Of a DNA stretch of 64,000 nucleotides, positions 39,345-52,880 are shown piece by piece. The position numbers and the translations under genes are program-made. This stretch comes from Heterodontus francisci (lineage: Eukaryota), in contig NC_090399.1 of assembly GCF_036365525.1 (NCBI RefSeq), forward strand, positions 11,531,558 through 11,595,557, given 5' to 3'. The number at the start of each line of letters is the position of its first letter. The first letter of the stretch is position 1. The notes below the pieces were generated by a model. That model had not been told where the DNA came from. It was given only the letters and a program-made list of their open reading frames with translations, and searched no databases.

Positions 39345-41845
39345 GCTGTTGGGAATGGTTTAAACTAGATTGACAGGGGGATGGGAACCTGAGGGCAGTT
39401 TCAAATAGGACAATTTCAGAGCAGGGTAAGGGAGGCAGAAAATTAGCAAGTGATTCTGAAAGGCAGAAGAAGCAAAGGTTAACAAATGTACAGCACAGGA
39501 ATTTGGCAGTGTTAAAAGGTATTTATTTAAATGCAAGGAGTATAGTAAATAAAGCTGATGAACTGAGGGCACAGATAGACACATGGCAACATGATATCAT
39601 TGCTACAACAGAAAATTGGCTTAAAGAGGGGCAAGAACGGCAACTCAACATCCCTGGATATAAAGTTTTCAGGCAGGATAGAGAGGAAGATAAGAAAGGA
39701 GGGTGCGAAGCATTATTGGTTAAGGAATCAAAAACAGCTGTGATGAAGGATGATATGCTAAATGAATAATCAAATGAGGCCATATGAGTTGAGCTCAGAA
39801 ATAAAAAAGGGGCAGCCACACTACAAGGAGTATACTATAGACCCCCAAATAGTGAGACGGAGGTAGAAGAACAAATATGTAGGCAAATTTCAGAGTGCAA
39901 AAATAATAGGCAATAATAGTTGGGGATTTCAAATATCCCAGTATAAACTGGAATACAAACAGTGTGAAGGGCACAGAGGGGACACCATTCTCGAACTGAA
40001 AAAATATTGGCAGGTAAAATCAACAAAAACCCAAAGATGTTTTATCAGTACATTAAGAGCAAGAGGATAACTAAGGAAAAAGTAGGGTCTGTCAGAGATG
40101 TACAAGGGAACTTACACATGGATGCAGAAGGGTTCTTAATGAGTTTTTTATCTCTGTCTTCACAAAGGGGAGGGATGATGCAGACGTTGTAGTAAAAGAG
40201 GAGTGTGATATATTAGATATGATAAGCATAATGAGAGAGGAAATATTAGAGGGTCTGATATCCTTGAAAGTGGATAAATCACCAGGGCCGGATGCATTGT
40301 ATCCCAGGCTGTTAAAGGAAGCCAGGGAGAAAATGGCAGATGATCCAAGGAGAATTTTCAAATCCTCACTAGATACAGGTGAGGTACCAGAAGATTGGAG
40401 GTCTGCGAACATTGTAACATTGTTTAAAAAGGGTGCGAAGGATAGACCAAATAATTAAAGGCCAGTCAGTCTGACCTCGTTGGTGGGTAAATTATTAAAA
40501 TCAATTCTGAGAGATAGGATAAACTGTCACTCAGAAACGCATGGATTAATCATGGATGGTCAGCATGGATTTGTTAAGGGAAGGTCGAGTCTTCCTAACT
40601 TGATTGAATTTTTTGTGGACGTAACAAGGAGGATTGATGAGGGTAGTACAGTGGATGTGGTCTACATGGATTTTAGTAAGGCATTTGACAATGTCCCATG
40701 TGGATGACTGGTCAGAAAAATAAAAGCCCATGATATACAGGGGAATGTGGCAAGCTGGGTCCAAAATTGGCTCAGTGACAGGAAACAAAGGGTAGTAGCC
40801 GACGGATGTTTTTGCAAATCGAAAGCCATTCCACACCATGCCACGGCATTCCACAGGGCTCAGTGTTGGGTCCCTTTCTGTTTGTGGTATACATTAATGA
40901 TTTGGACTTAAATGCTTATTTGGGAAATTTGCACATGACACAAAAATTGGCCATGTAGTTGATAGTGAAGAGGATAGTCATAGACTCCAGAATGATAACA
41001 ATAGTTTGGTTGAGTGGGTGAAAAGTGGCAAATGGAATTCAATCTGGAGAAATGTGAGGTAATGCATTTGGAAAGGGCAAACAAAGCAAGGAAATACACA
41101 ATAAACGGGAGGATATTGAGAGGGGTCGAAGAAGTGAGAGACCTTAGTGTTCATGTCCACAGGTCCCTGAAGGTGGCAGGACAGGTAGCTAGAGTGGTGA
41201 AGAAGGCATATGGAATGCTTTCCTTTATTGGCTGAGGTATAGAATACAAAAGCAGGGATGTAATGCTGGAACTGTATAAAACACTAGTTAGGCCACAGTT
41301 GGAGTATTGCGTACAATTCTGTCACCACATTACAGGAAGGACATAATTGCCCTGGACAGAGTACAGAGGAGATTTACAAGAATGTTGCCAAGGCTTGAAA
41401 TTTGCAGCTATGAGGAAAGATTAGATTGGGTAGAGTCGTTTTCCTTAGAACCGAGGAGGCTGAGGGGTGACTTAATTGAGGTGTACAAAATTATAAGGGT
41501 CCTAGATAAAGTAGACAGGAAGGACCTGTTTCCCCTAGATCAGAGAGGTCAATTACCAGGGGCACTGATTTAAGGTGAATGGTAGAAGGATTAGAGGGGA
41601 CATGAGGAAAATCATTTTCACCCAGAGGGTGGCTGGAATTCACTGCCCAGATCGGTGGTGGAGGCAGAAACCCTCAACTCATTTAAAAGGTACCTGGACC
41701 TGCACCTGAAGTGCTGTAACCTGCAAGGCTACGGACCAGCTGCTAGAAGTGGAATTAGAATCGGCTGCTAGTTTTTTCCAGTTGGCGCAGACACGATGGG
41801 CTGAATGGCCCCCTTCTGTGCCGTAACCTTTCAATGGTTCTATGG
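39345..41845 (+). mobile_element. Degenerate CR1 LINE ORF2 (APE endonuclease and RT) with stops and an internal deletion
   Basis: YLNARSIVNKADEL..DIIATTENWL; VDKSPGPD; QHGFVKGRS; VDVVYMDFSKAFD; WQMEFNLEKCEVMH. Confidence 0.88.
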
Positions 41846-42104
41846 AAAGCGAACTCAGCAACAATTATAGGTGTTGATTCTCACCTCACCCACTGAAAGT
41901 GCTATAAAAACTGCATTGCACTCGATCCCATCAGTTGACATCATTAAGAATGATCAATAACTAAATGCTTGAAATGACAATTAATTTCACCATCGAATAT
42001 TCACGGGACGCTCAATGCACTCGAGTCTTTAAACCTGAACATCACTTTTAAGACAGTGGTCTGAACATGTCTAACCATGTCTGTTTGATAGGAGCAGCAA
42101 TGAA

Positions 42105-42270
42105 GAGAGGAAGTGGGCATGGTGAACTGAGAGTTACATGGAGTTTGGGGCAGCTCAGACCTCAGAGGTGTTGTTTCCATTCCAGTTAAAACTGAAACTT
42201 ATCACTGTTTCCCTTTTCCTTTGCATCACTTGTATGCATAGGTTCTTCCAGGGCAGCCAGAATATATAGA
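42105..42270 (+). promoter_or_regulatory. Gene C promoter: ETS/PU.1 GAGGAAGTG, IRF-like AAACTGAAACT, degenerate kB site, TATATAGA
   Basis: Motifs at 42107, about 42189, 42241 and 42263; ATG at 42381. Confidence 0.5.
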
Positions 42271-42380
42271 GAACTCCTATCACTGGCAGAGACACAGACA
42301 AGCTCAGAGAGCTGAGAGTGAGAGTCGCTGGGTCAGAAACAAGGCTGCCACTAACAAAGCTCCGACCGACATCTAACACC

Positions 42381-42557
42381 ATGAGTTGTGAGAACAAGTT
42401 GCTGGACCTTGAGACTGGAGGAGTGGTTACGCTCAGGCAGTCAGAGCCGAAGAGAAGCTGTTTCTGGCAGTCTCTCTGTGCAGTGGCTGTGCTGGGTTTG
42501 CTGGCTGTGTCTTCCTACCTGTTACTCTGTCAGCTTGGAGTTTTACCTTCAAACCAG
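42381..42557 (+). CDS. TNF-like gene C, exon 1 (cytoplasmic tail and TM helix)
   Basis: accATG; MSCENKLLDLE..LCAVAVLGLLAVSSYLLLCQLGVLPSNQ|gtgtgt; 177 nt. Confidence 0.9.
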
Positions 42558-42824
42558 GTGTGTGACTGTATCTGGAGTTTGATATTATTCAGCTTTAGCT
42601 AAGTGAGTAGCAACATGGCAGTCTAGTGTCTGATAAACCCTTTACCTGGTGTTGATCTAGAGTCTGAGAATCAGACAGAGTCTGGCTCACTCCAGTGTCT
42701 CTGTGTAAATACAGATAATCTGTCTGCAGATCTGCTTTGCACCTTTGTACAATGGCCGTCTTGTGTTATATGGAAATTTGGGGTGAATTTCACATATTAA
42801 TCTCTTTCCTTCTTGTTGCTGCAG

Positions 42825-42906
42825 GAAGTATCACTGAACTCAAAAACTGCCCGATCACAGGACATGAGGAATCATTCATCTGTGACAACAGTTCCTGCTA
42901 GTAATA
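42825..42906 (+). CDS. TNF-like gene C, exon 2
   Basis: gttgctgcag|GAA...AATA|gtgagt; 82 nt, phase 0 to 1; EVSLNSKTARSQDMRNHSSVTTVPASN. Confidence 0.82.
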
Positions 42907-43259
42907 GTGAGTACTCTCTCAATCAATCTATCTCTCTCTATCAATCTATCTCTCTCTGTTGATCTGTCTCTCTATATTGATCTATCTCTCTATCAATCTA
43001 TTTGTATCAATCTGTCTTTATCTCAGTCTGTCTTCCAAACTATTTGTATCAATCTTTCTTTCTATCAATTGCTCTCTCTCCCTCCCTCTCTCTCATCAAT
43101 CTATCTCTTTCACTCTATTTCTCTCTACATTTTTCTCTGTCAATCTCTCTCTCACTCTCTATTTCTCTCTCTCTTGCTCAAACTCTGCTCTCTCTCTATC
43201 TGTCAGTCAGTTTTAGGTCTGTGTGTGTTCCAATAGTGACTGAGCTTTTCCTTTTCCAG

Positions 43260-43325
43260 GTGTCCCTCATCTCATGAAGCAGGTGGGAAATGACCCGATG
43301 GGGAGAATCGCAGCTCACCTGACAG
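43260..43325 (+). CDS. TNF-like gene C, exon 3
   Basis: ttttccag|GT...ACAG|gtatga; 66 nt; SVPHLMKQVGNDPMGRIAAHLT. Confidence 0.9.
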
Positions 43326-45112
43326 GTATGAGAACTGTTATCTATGTTATCGCTAGAGTGTCCCATGTGGAATTGTCCACAGTCATTGGGCAGGTGCAGT
43401 CGAAGTGTGGGGAGATGTGCTTAAAGAAAGGAATTAATTGGACACTGATGAAGTCTTGCCTTCTTGGTTCCTAAGAAGTTTGACCCAATCAGGATAACAG
43501 GATATTGGTAACATGCATTTTGATTGGCTCCAATTTTCTAGGAACAATGGAGACAATTGAATAGCAGTAAAATATTTTTGATAGGTTTTGAAAAGAATGT
43601 AAACCAATTCGGTAAGTAATTGTTGGTGAAGTGTCTTTTATTGGTTGTGAGGAGACTTGAACCAATCAGCATAAGGGTATGGGAGCAAAGTGTTTTTGGA
43701 GGAAATTGGAGTAAATAGGAGCGTATGAAAATTGATGAACAGGAAGAAATTCACTGGTTTGCCGAGTCTGCCCCATACCCAGTGATAAGACTCATCAAAA
43801 CTGCACACTTCCTACTCCCTCCCTCAGTAATGTAGATCTCCTGGGAGATCTACAAACCCATGGCAGGGGACAAAAGACTCGGGGAAATTCCTCATCGTCC
43901 AGCTCCAGTGATCAAAACCAGTCTGGGAGCTCGCTCAGACCATGTGTTCTCTCTAAAGTCTCTTAGCTTCTCTTATGGTGTGATCTCTGTTGCAGTCAGT
44001 AACCGGTCCCTCCGGAAGACAATACAGAGAGTCAGCACTCACCACACCAGCCGGCAATGCATTCCAAAGGTTCAGTACTCTCTAGGAAAGGGTTTCTGAT
44101 GAAGTGTGTTAGCGGGAATGAATCTAGAAGAATCATTCGACACTCAGGTCTGCTCCAATGTCAAACAGTTTATTTAGTTACGCCAGCGAGGAGCAGGTCA
44201 CTGGGCTGTCCAGATGCCTCTCCACCGAACAAAGGAAAATCCACAACAGATATACAGTTACTCAGCCCATCCCGGCTGGACATAATCCAATCATAACGGT
44301 TATTGATTACATATATTACATTCATTACCAATAAAATTATTAATTATGCATCATGTGGTTGTGGGGATAGCTCATGGTTCGCCCCTGACCATCTCAGCTT
44401 GTTTACCAAACCCCCCCTTATCAACTATCCTTGAGTCTTCACAATGAATCCTTCTACCTCTATCAGGCCTGCATTCCTAGTTGCTTTGTGTAGTCCGCAA
44501 TTAGACAGATCAGCTTTCTTATGCACTGATATGGGGGGCGCTCCTTGGTCAGGCTAATTGCCTGTGCTAAGCAGTACCATTCTCAAGGCTGCAAGCTAAC
44601 TAACTTGTCCCACAATGCCTTGGGTAAATGCCCCATTTTGTAACAATATGTGGCTACACTTTCATCTTATATATATATATATATATATATATGTGTATTT
44701 ATTTAGCTGCATCGGCCACAATTTTTTTCCCTCTAAAAGTGTTTTAGATCAGTTACCAGAGATTTTGAGTATATTTCACCAACTGGCTTTGGGGTACTAC
44801 TGAACTGAGGTCTCGAACTTGCACACAAGAATAAAGGAAGAAATTTCCGAAGCAATTATTTCGGAACTTTGGGAGCATGTCTCCATTACAGTTGCATTCC
44901 CACCCTCCCCCAACTTAGGGTTTATCCAGAAATTTAGATATAAGTGGCAAGTAATCAATGGGCATGTAAGGTGGAGGGAATGGGTTCTTGAAAGCAACAG
45001 AGTTGCTAACAGGAAAATTAAATGCGGACAAGAAGGGTATTATGTGAAGCAATATTGAAGCACAAATCTATTTCATTGTTATGTTGTTCCCTCTCTCTTT
45101 CTCTCTACGCAG

Positions 45113-45519
45113 CAACCAGCAAAGGAAAGAATGTGATTTGGCAGAATGAGGCGGACTCCACCTTTGCCGAGGGTGTGGAGTTCACGGACAACAGTCTCGT
45201 CATCAAAACCCCTGGTCGGTACTTTGTCTACACCCAGGTGGTCTTCTCCAGCAGGGGCTGTCAGAACAAGACTGTCTATCTGAGCCATGAGCTCGCCAAG
45301 CTCTCACCCAGTTATCCAGAGGAAGTCTTGCTACTGAGAGCCACCAAGTCAGCCTGTCATTCCCGCCAACACGGAGAGCCCTGGTACAAGACCTCCTATC
45401 AGGGAGCCATATTTGAGTTTGAGGAGGGAGATCAGATCTACTCCAGGGTTAGTGAGGAGATGGTGGGATATGTAGACACTGCCCAAGGAAAGAGCTTCTT
45501 TGGAATATTTGCTTTGTGA
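45113..45519 (+). CDS. TNF-like gene C, exon 4 (THD); spliced product 243 aa
   Basis: ctacgcag|CA; VIW..GRYFVYTQVVF..GC..KSAC..PWY..KSFFGIFAL*; 177+82+66+407=732 nt. Confidence 0.95.
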
Positions 45520-46974
45520 GGAACCTGAGTTACTTCTAGCGATTGGCCAGTAATGATGACTGATTGAGAATTTCAGATTGAAATACAGTGGAAACTGTTC
45601 AGGACACATTGTCCTATCCTGCACTAATTGGACAAAGAGACTCATTTCTCCTTCATTTTATTTAAACACTTGCAGAGACAGAAACTATCAAATGTGTTGG
45701 TGTTTTAGAATTGGGTAGTGTGGTGGGTTATCACACTGCACTTTCAGCTCTGCCAATCCAGATTGATGCACAATCCAGAGTGTTAGTGATCGGAGGGAGT
45801 CTGTGCCTCTCCTCACTCACTCTCTGCTCCTTTAATCCTGTATTGAGAGCAACTGGTGCAGTCTGAAGAATTATATATCTCTCTGAGGATTCACAAGCTG
45901 TGTTAAACTGCCAGATGGGCTTGAACACATCAGTCAGAATAGGCTGGAGGGGCTGAATGGCCTACAACTGTCCCTATGACTTTCCTGTTCTCCCACATAC
46001 CTGTAACACTGGGAGCAGGTCTAGGTGATTCACTGCTGTGCAGGATTCATCATGTTTGATGAGATGAATTGTGTTTTAAACATATTTAGAGACAGTTGTT
46101 TGATAATCGTGCTCTAAATAAGCTAATTTTCTGATTTAATTTAACTCTATCAGCAACTGGTCCTTTACTTTATTTCATATTTAATTGATATTTAATGTTG
46201 TTTATGTTATTTAAACTGGTACTCCTCAGGGAGAGAGTAATTAGACAATCCCAGAAGCTAACAAGTGGGTTATCAGGTCTGATATTCAGACTGGTTAGCC
46301 TGTGTGACCTGTTATTGGTCCTTGAAGAGTATGGCCTATGCCTTGTTGTCTATTTGTATTATAATATATCTCTCATATCTCCTTGGATCTTCAGTGGCGA
46401 TGCTCATGCAAAGTCTCTGAGCTTTCTGTTGGCTGATGAAGGCCAACCAATCTCCCAGCTGCCAACTGGCTTTCCACCTCTACAATGTGATTGGTCAACT
46501 TTTCACAGGATGTTAACTTGCTAGAACTTGATTGCTTGACACTTAACAAGTAGATTCTACAAACACTGTAAAAACTGGCCAAAATGCATGAAAGTGAATT
46601 ATTTGAAGAAACCAATATTGATTTATTTCTGCTTTATCAGGTTATTATTTGAGTTGAATATGTGCTGCTCTTATTTAATGTTCATTGTTGGGATTTTTTT
46701 CCTGATTGGTTGCCATGGAGAAGTCACGTTCCCATAATGCCCTGCAGTCACCATTGGCCTTTATTCATACTGTGTAACAGACAGTGATCCCAGCAAGAGA
46801 TCTGATTGGTTCTATAGACCAGGAGATTTTCTATCTGGAATGTTCAACTGTTGGATATTAATTGTGGTGCAGTGACCAAAAATCTATGTTTTATATAAAA
46901 ATGTAACATTTTTTAAAGATGGTTTTCAGTGGCATAAATGCTGTAAAGTTTCAGATATTCCAGATTGATTTAAG

Positions 46975-47062
46975 TTATTATTTAAATATATTTATTAATT
47001 GGTGTATTTATAATATTTATTATTTATATTTACTGCTGAGCAGATGGATGGGAATTAATAAA
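46975..47062 (+). promoter_or_regulatory. Gene C AU-rich element cluster and polyA signal
   Basis: Several ATTTA pentamers at 46975-47032; AATAAA at 47057-47062. Confidence 0.7.
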
Positions 47063-47199
47063 ATATTTTAAAAGTATGAATTGTTTCTTTCCGATTACTT
47101 GCACATTGGATTGTGTTTAGAGCTTTTCACGGGGAATGATTCCAGATGAGGGATGAATTTTTGTCAGTTTAAAGCCTGCAATTCAGACACAGGATCATC

Positions 47200-47328
47200 A
47201 GATTGAGATTCTGAGAGAGGCTATCAGGATTGGGCATCTGAAAGAGAGGATCAGAAATTGGGAATCTGAGAGGGAGGATCAGGAATTGGGAATCTGAGAG
47301 GGAGGATGAGGAGATTGGGAATCTGTGT
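47200..47328. repeat. Short ~28-bp tandem repeat
   Basis: tgggaatctgagagggaggatcaggaat-like unit, about 4 copies. Confidence 0.7.
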
Positions 47329-47804
47329 AAAATGACACATCAGCAGATGTATAATTTTACAGGTCATCGGGAGATGTCTCTAGTTTCAGAACTATTTCTA
47401 GGCGATTCCTCCCTGACTCCCTCAATCAATAAAGATAGATCAGGAGATCAATGATTATATCAATGCATGACAAAGCACAAGGCAACTGTAGCTAACAGAC
47501 TCCCAGAATGTCCCTCCCCCCACCTCACACCCAAGAACATTCCATATCCTTTTTTTTCAGAGATTATAACATACCAACCTTGACCACATCCTTTGTTAAC
47601 CATGTTTCCAGTGGGTACAAAACTGTGACAAAGAAGATACATCCGGATACCCAACTGAAGTTTCACTTGTGTATTTTGCAGACAAGCTCTCCAACCCACT
47701 TGTCGCTCTCTGTCTCAAAGATCTTACCCAAAGTTACCACATTCAATCCTGACATAACTTTCTAAACTCCAAATGAATGAAAAAAACTCACTAATTATAG
47801 CAGA

Positions 47805-49137
47805 CATAAGAACATAAGAACTAGGAGCAGGAGTAGGCAATACAGCCCCTCGAACCTGCTCCGCCATTCAAGGTGATCATGGCTGATCTCATCTCGGCCT
47901 CAACTCCACTTTCCTGCCCATTCTCCATAACCCTTCAACCCATTACTAATTAAAAATCTGTCTATCCCCTCCTTAAATTTACTGAAAGTCCCGACATCCA
48001 CCGCACTCTGGGGTAGTGAATTCCACAGACTTACTATCCTTTGAGAGAAGTAATTTCTCCTCATCTCTGTGTTAAATCTGCTACCCCTTATCCTAAAACT
48101 ATGACTTCTCGTTCTAGATTGCCTCAGCAGAGAAAACATCCTCAAATACCTTATGGAAGTCCAGATATACTACATCTACAGGATCCCCATTATCCACTTT
48201 GCTTGTTACAGCTTCGAAGAACTCTAGCAAATTAGTCAATCTCCTTAATCATCTTATATTCCTCAATTAAATCTGCTCTCGTTCTTCTAAACTCCAGAGA
48301 GTAAAGGTCTAAACTTGTCTTCATAAGACAAAGCCCTCATCCCTGGAATCAATCTAGTGAACCTCCTCTGAACTGCCTCCAATGCAACTACATCCCTCCT
48401 CAAGTAAGGGGACCAAAACTGTACGCAATACTCCAGGTGCAGTCTCACTAATGCCTTGTACAGTTGCAGCAACACTTCCCTACTTTTATACTGTATTCCT
48501 TTAGCAATAAATACCAACATTCCATTTGCCTTCCTTGTTACCTGCTGTACCTGCATATTCGTTTTCTGCGATTCATGCACGAGGACACCCAGATCCCTCT
48601 GCACCAAAGCACTCTGAAGTTTCTCTCCACTTAGATAATAGTTTGTCTTTCTATTCTTCCAACCAAAATAGATAACCTCACACTTATCCACGTTAAACTC
48701 CATCTGCCAAATTTTGGCCCATTCTCCTAACCTATCCATATCCATTTGTAAATTTCTTATTTCTTTATTGCAACTTACTATCCCACCTATTTTAGTGACA
48801 TCTGCAAATTTGGCTATAGTACCTTCTATCCCTGCATCCAAGTCATTAATATAGATTGTAAATAGTTGGGGCCCGAGAACCGAACCCTGAGGCACCCCAC
48901 TAGTAACATCTTGCCAACCAGAAAAAGGCCCATTTATCCCAATTCTCTATTTTCTGTTGGTTAGCCAATCCTCTGTCCAAGCTAATAAATTGCCCCTAAC
49001 CCTATGTGATCCTAACTTGTGTATTAACCTTTTGTGCGGCACCTTATCAAATGCCTTCTGGAAGTCCAGATATGCTACATCTGCAAGATCCCCATTATCC
49101 ACTTTACTTGTTACAGCTTCAAAGAACTCTAGCAAAT
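47805..49137 (-). mobile_element. CR1 LINE RT/3' fragment
   Basis: YLDFQKAFDKVPH, PQGSVLGPQLFTIYIND and LEYCVQFWSPY; (tcttatgt) tail. Confidence 0.9.
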
Positions 49138-49269
49138 CTCCAAGATATCTGCGCTCCTCCAACTCTGGCAGCTTTTAGCTGCCTAGGCAGTAAGTTCTGC
49201 AATTCTCTCCCTTAACTTCTCTTCTTCTACCTCTCTCTCTTCCTTTAAGATGCTCCTTAAAAAGCAAAT

Positions 49270-50100
49270 AAATATTGGGAATACCGAAGCCATTGCCACA
49301 AACTCCATTTCCAAAGCCACTGACTCCATCCTTCTCCCTGGACACTGTCTGACACGGAACTAGACCGTCATAACCTTTGTCCGTATTTGATCCCAAGGTG
49401 AGCTTTCAACCAAATATCTACTACATTCCAAAGGCCACCTGTGTAACATTGCCAAACTCCACATTGTCACAGCTCATCTGCTGCTGAAACCCTCATTCAT
49501 ACCTTAGTTATCTCGAGGCTTGGCTATTCCAAAGCTCTCCAAGCCGGCCTTCCACATTCTACCCTCCATAAACTCAAGATGATCCAAAACTCTGCTCCCT
49601 GTGTCCTTATTCGCACCAAGTCCCATTCACCCATCACCCCTGTGCTGGCCGACCCAGATTGGCTCCTAGCCTGGCAACAGCTCGATTTTAAAATTCTCAT
49701 CTATGTTTCCAATCCCTCTGTAACTTAACCTCTCCCTATCTCTGCAATCTCCTCCAATCCGATAACCCTCCGAGATATCTGCACTCCTCTAATTCTGGCC
49801 TCTTCCACATCCCCAATTTCCTTCGCCCCATCATTCATAACCATATCTTCAGCTGCCTAGGTCCCTATCGCCGGAATTCCCTCCCGAAACCTCTCCACCA
49901 CTCTTCTCTCTCCTTTAACATGCCACTTAAAACTGACCTCTTTGACCAAGCTTTTGGTCACCTGTCCTAATTCTTTTTATTATTCATTCATGGGATGTGG
50001 ACTCAGTGTCAAATTTGATTTGATAATCCCTTCTGTGAAGCTCCTTGAGACAATTTACTGTGTTAAAGGGAATATATAAATGCAAGATGTCATTGTTGAT
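49270..50100 (+). mobile_element. L2 LINE 3' fragment
   Basis: IQNSAPCVLIRTKSHSPITPVLAD..WL, typical of the L2 ORF2 C-terminus. Confidence 0.7.
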
Positions 50101-50559
50101 TTGAGACTCAGTATCGGGTGAGGATTTGGGTCGTGTCCTCTTCACCCATCATCTCGCGTAGGACTAAGATCACCATTGGCAGTTCCTTCTAGCCTGACAT
50201 CCCTTAACTCTCTGCTGGAAATATTGTAACCTCACAGCCCCCTGTCATCTCTTCCACTGATAGGATGAGTTCATCACTTGCGAAATCTTGTACAATTGCT
50301 GGCGTCACAGGCGTGAGAGGGCACTGTGCATGTGGGTGATCCATATGTAGCTGTTTGATGAGCTTGTTCACAGTCTGGCAGCTAGCGGTCTTATCATGTA
50401 ACGTAACATGAGATATTATAAGGGGAACTAATTGGGTAGATCAGGCGAAACTATTTCTGCTGTTTGGGTTCTAGGACTAGGTGTCACAGCTGAAAATTAG
50501 AGCCAGGCCTATCAGGAGTGAAATTAGGAAGCATTTCTTCATGCAAAGGGTGCGAAAGA

Positions 50560-52232
50560 TAAGGCTGAAGCATTTGCAACAATCTTCAGCCAGAAGTGTC
50601 GAGTTGATGATCCATCTCGGCCCCCTCCTGAAGTCCCCAGATGCCAGACTTCAGCCAATTCGATTCACTCCGCGTGATATCAAGAAATGACTGAAGGCAC
50701 TGGATACTGCAAAAGCTAGGGCCCTGACAATATTCCGGCAATAGTACTGAAGAACTGTGCTCCAGAACTTGCCGCGCTCCTAGCCAAGCTGTTCCAGTAC
50801 AGCTACAACACTGGCATCTACCCGGCAATGTGGAAAATTGCCCAGGTATATCCTGTACACAAAAGGCAGGACAAGTCCAACCCGGCCAATTACTGTCCCA
50901 TTAGCCTACTCTCAATCATCAGTAAAGTGATGGAAGGTGTCATCAACAGTGCCATCAAGTGGCACTTGCTTAACAATGACCTGCTCAGTGACGCTCAGTT
51001 TGGGTTCCGCCAGGGTCACTCATCTCCTGAACACATTACAGCCTTGGTTCAAACATGGACAAAAGAGCTGAACTCAAGAGGTGAGGTGAGAGTGACTGCC
51101 TTTGACATCAAGACAGCATTTGACCGAGTATGGCATCAAGGAGCCCTAGTAAAACTGAGGTCAATGGGAATCAGGGGTAAAACTCTCCACTGGTTGGAGT
51201 CATACCTAGGACAAAGGAAGATAGTTGTTGTTGTTGGAGGTCAATCATCTGAGCTCCAGGACATCACTGCAGGAGTTCCTCAGGGTAGGGTCCTAGGCCC
51301 AATCATCTTCAGCTGCTTCATCAATGACCTTCCATCAATCATAAGGTCAGAAGTGAAGTTGTTCGCTGATGATTGCACAATGTTCAGCACCATTCATGCC
51401 TCCTCAGATACTGAAGCAGTCCGTGTAGAAATGCAGCAAGACTTGGGGACAATATCCATGCTTGGGCTGAAAAGTGTCAGGCAATGACCATCTCCAACAA
51501 GAGAGAATCTAACTGTCTCCCCATTCAATGGCATTACCATCGCTGAATCCACCACTATCAACATCCTAGGGGCTACCATTGACCAGAAACTGAACTGGAG
51601 TAGCCATATAAATACTGTGGCTACAAGAGCAGGTCAGAGGCTAGGAATCCTGAGGCGAGTAACTACTCACCTCCTGACCTCCCAAAGCCTGTCCACCATC
51701 TACAAGGCACAAGTCAGGAGTGTGATGGAATACTCTCCACTTGACTGGATGGGTGCAGCTCCAACAACACTCAAGAAGCTCAACACCATTTGAACAAAGT
51801 GGCCTGCTTGATTGGCACAGCATCCACAAATATTCACTGTCTCCACCACTGACGCACAGTGGAAGCAGAGTGTACCATCTACAAGATGCACTACAGCAAT
51901 GCACCAAGACTCCTTAGACAGCACCTTCCAAACATGTGACCTCTACCACCTAGAAGGACAAGGGCAGCAAATGCATGGGAACACTGACACCTGCAAGTTC
52001 CCCTCCAAGTCACACACCATCCTGACTTGGAACTATATCACCATTCCTTCACAGTCGCTGGGTCAAAATCCTGGAACTCCCTTCCTAACATCACTGTGGG
52101 TGTACCTACCCCACATGGACTACAGCGGTTCAAGAAGGCAGCTCACCACCACTTTCTCAAGGGCAATTAGGGATGGGCAATAAATGCTGGCCTGGCCAGT
52201 CATGCCCACATCCCATGAATGAATAAAAAAAA
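50560..52232 (+). mobile_element. Family B CR1/L2-group LINE, RT region to polyA tail
   Basis: ORF 50828-51487 with NY.PISLL, QFGFR, FDIKTAFDRVWH, GVPQG.VLGP and LFADD; tail gaatgaataaaaaaaaa. Confidence 0.9.
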
Positions 52233-52750
52233 ATCAGTTTCTCTCTCAGTCTCTTTTGATCAATCTATCTTTATCAATCTATCTCTATTAATCTCTCTAT
52301 CAATCTCTGTCTCTCTCGATCAATCAATCTCTGTCGATCTATTTTTATCAATCTATCTCTATTAATCTCTCTCCCAATTTCTCTCAATCAATCTCTCTCG
52401 ATCAATCTATCTCTATTAATCTCTCTACCAATTTCTCTCGATCAATCTATCTCTATTAATCTCTCTATCAATCTCTATTAATCTCTCTATCAATCTTTCT
52501 CTGTCTTTTTCCCCCTCTCTCTATTAATCTATCTCTCTATCAATCTATCTTTGACTCTCTCTTTCTCTATCTCTTTCTCTCTATTAAACGCTCTCTCTTG
52601 TTCAACCGCTATTTATCCATCTAACTTTATTTCTCTAAGAAGCTTTGATTTTATCTCTATGCAAATGAGTGGGTTTTGACTGAGTTAAAATCTCTCCCTC
52701 TCTCTATCTTCCCATGTCTCTATCTCTTGCTCTCTTCCTGTCTCCCTCTG
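52233..52750. repeat. CT/ATCT-rich tract resembling gene C intron 2
   Basis: atcaatctatctctctat units also occur at 42913-43200. Confidence 0.8.
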
Positions 52751-52814
52751 TTAGTTAGTTTTGGGTATGTCTGTGTTACAATAGTAACTGAGAATCTGCC
52801 TTTTCCTTTTCCAG

Positions 52815-52880
52815 GTCTCCCTCATCTCATGAAACAGGTGGGAAATGACCCAAGGAGAAGAATCGCAGCTCACCTGACAG
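52815..52880 (+). CDS. TNF-like unit D, exon 3 (no exon 1 or 2 found)
   Basis: ttttccag|GT...ACAG|gtacca; 66 nt; xLPHLMKQVGNDPRRRIAAHLT. Confidence 0.75.

Noticed and set aside
47460-50420. Candidate exon 1 or 2 for unit D in the unique-looking patches (47460-47800, 50100-50420)
   Set aside because: No ATG-plus-TM segment resembling exon 1 of A, B or C and no kB/TATA module found by eye; a highly diverged exon cannot be excluded.
52850-52865. Furin site in D exon 3 (PRRR)
   Set aside because: It does not fit R-X-K/R-R because P4 is Pro.
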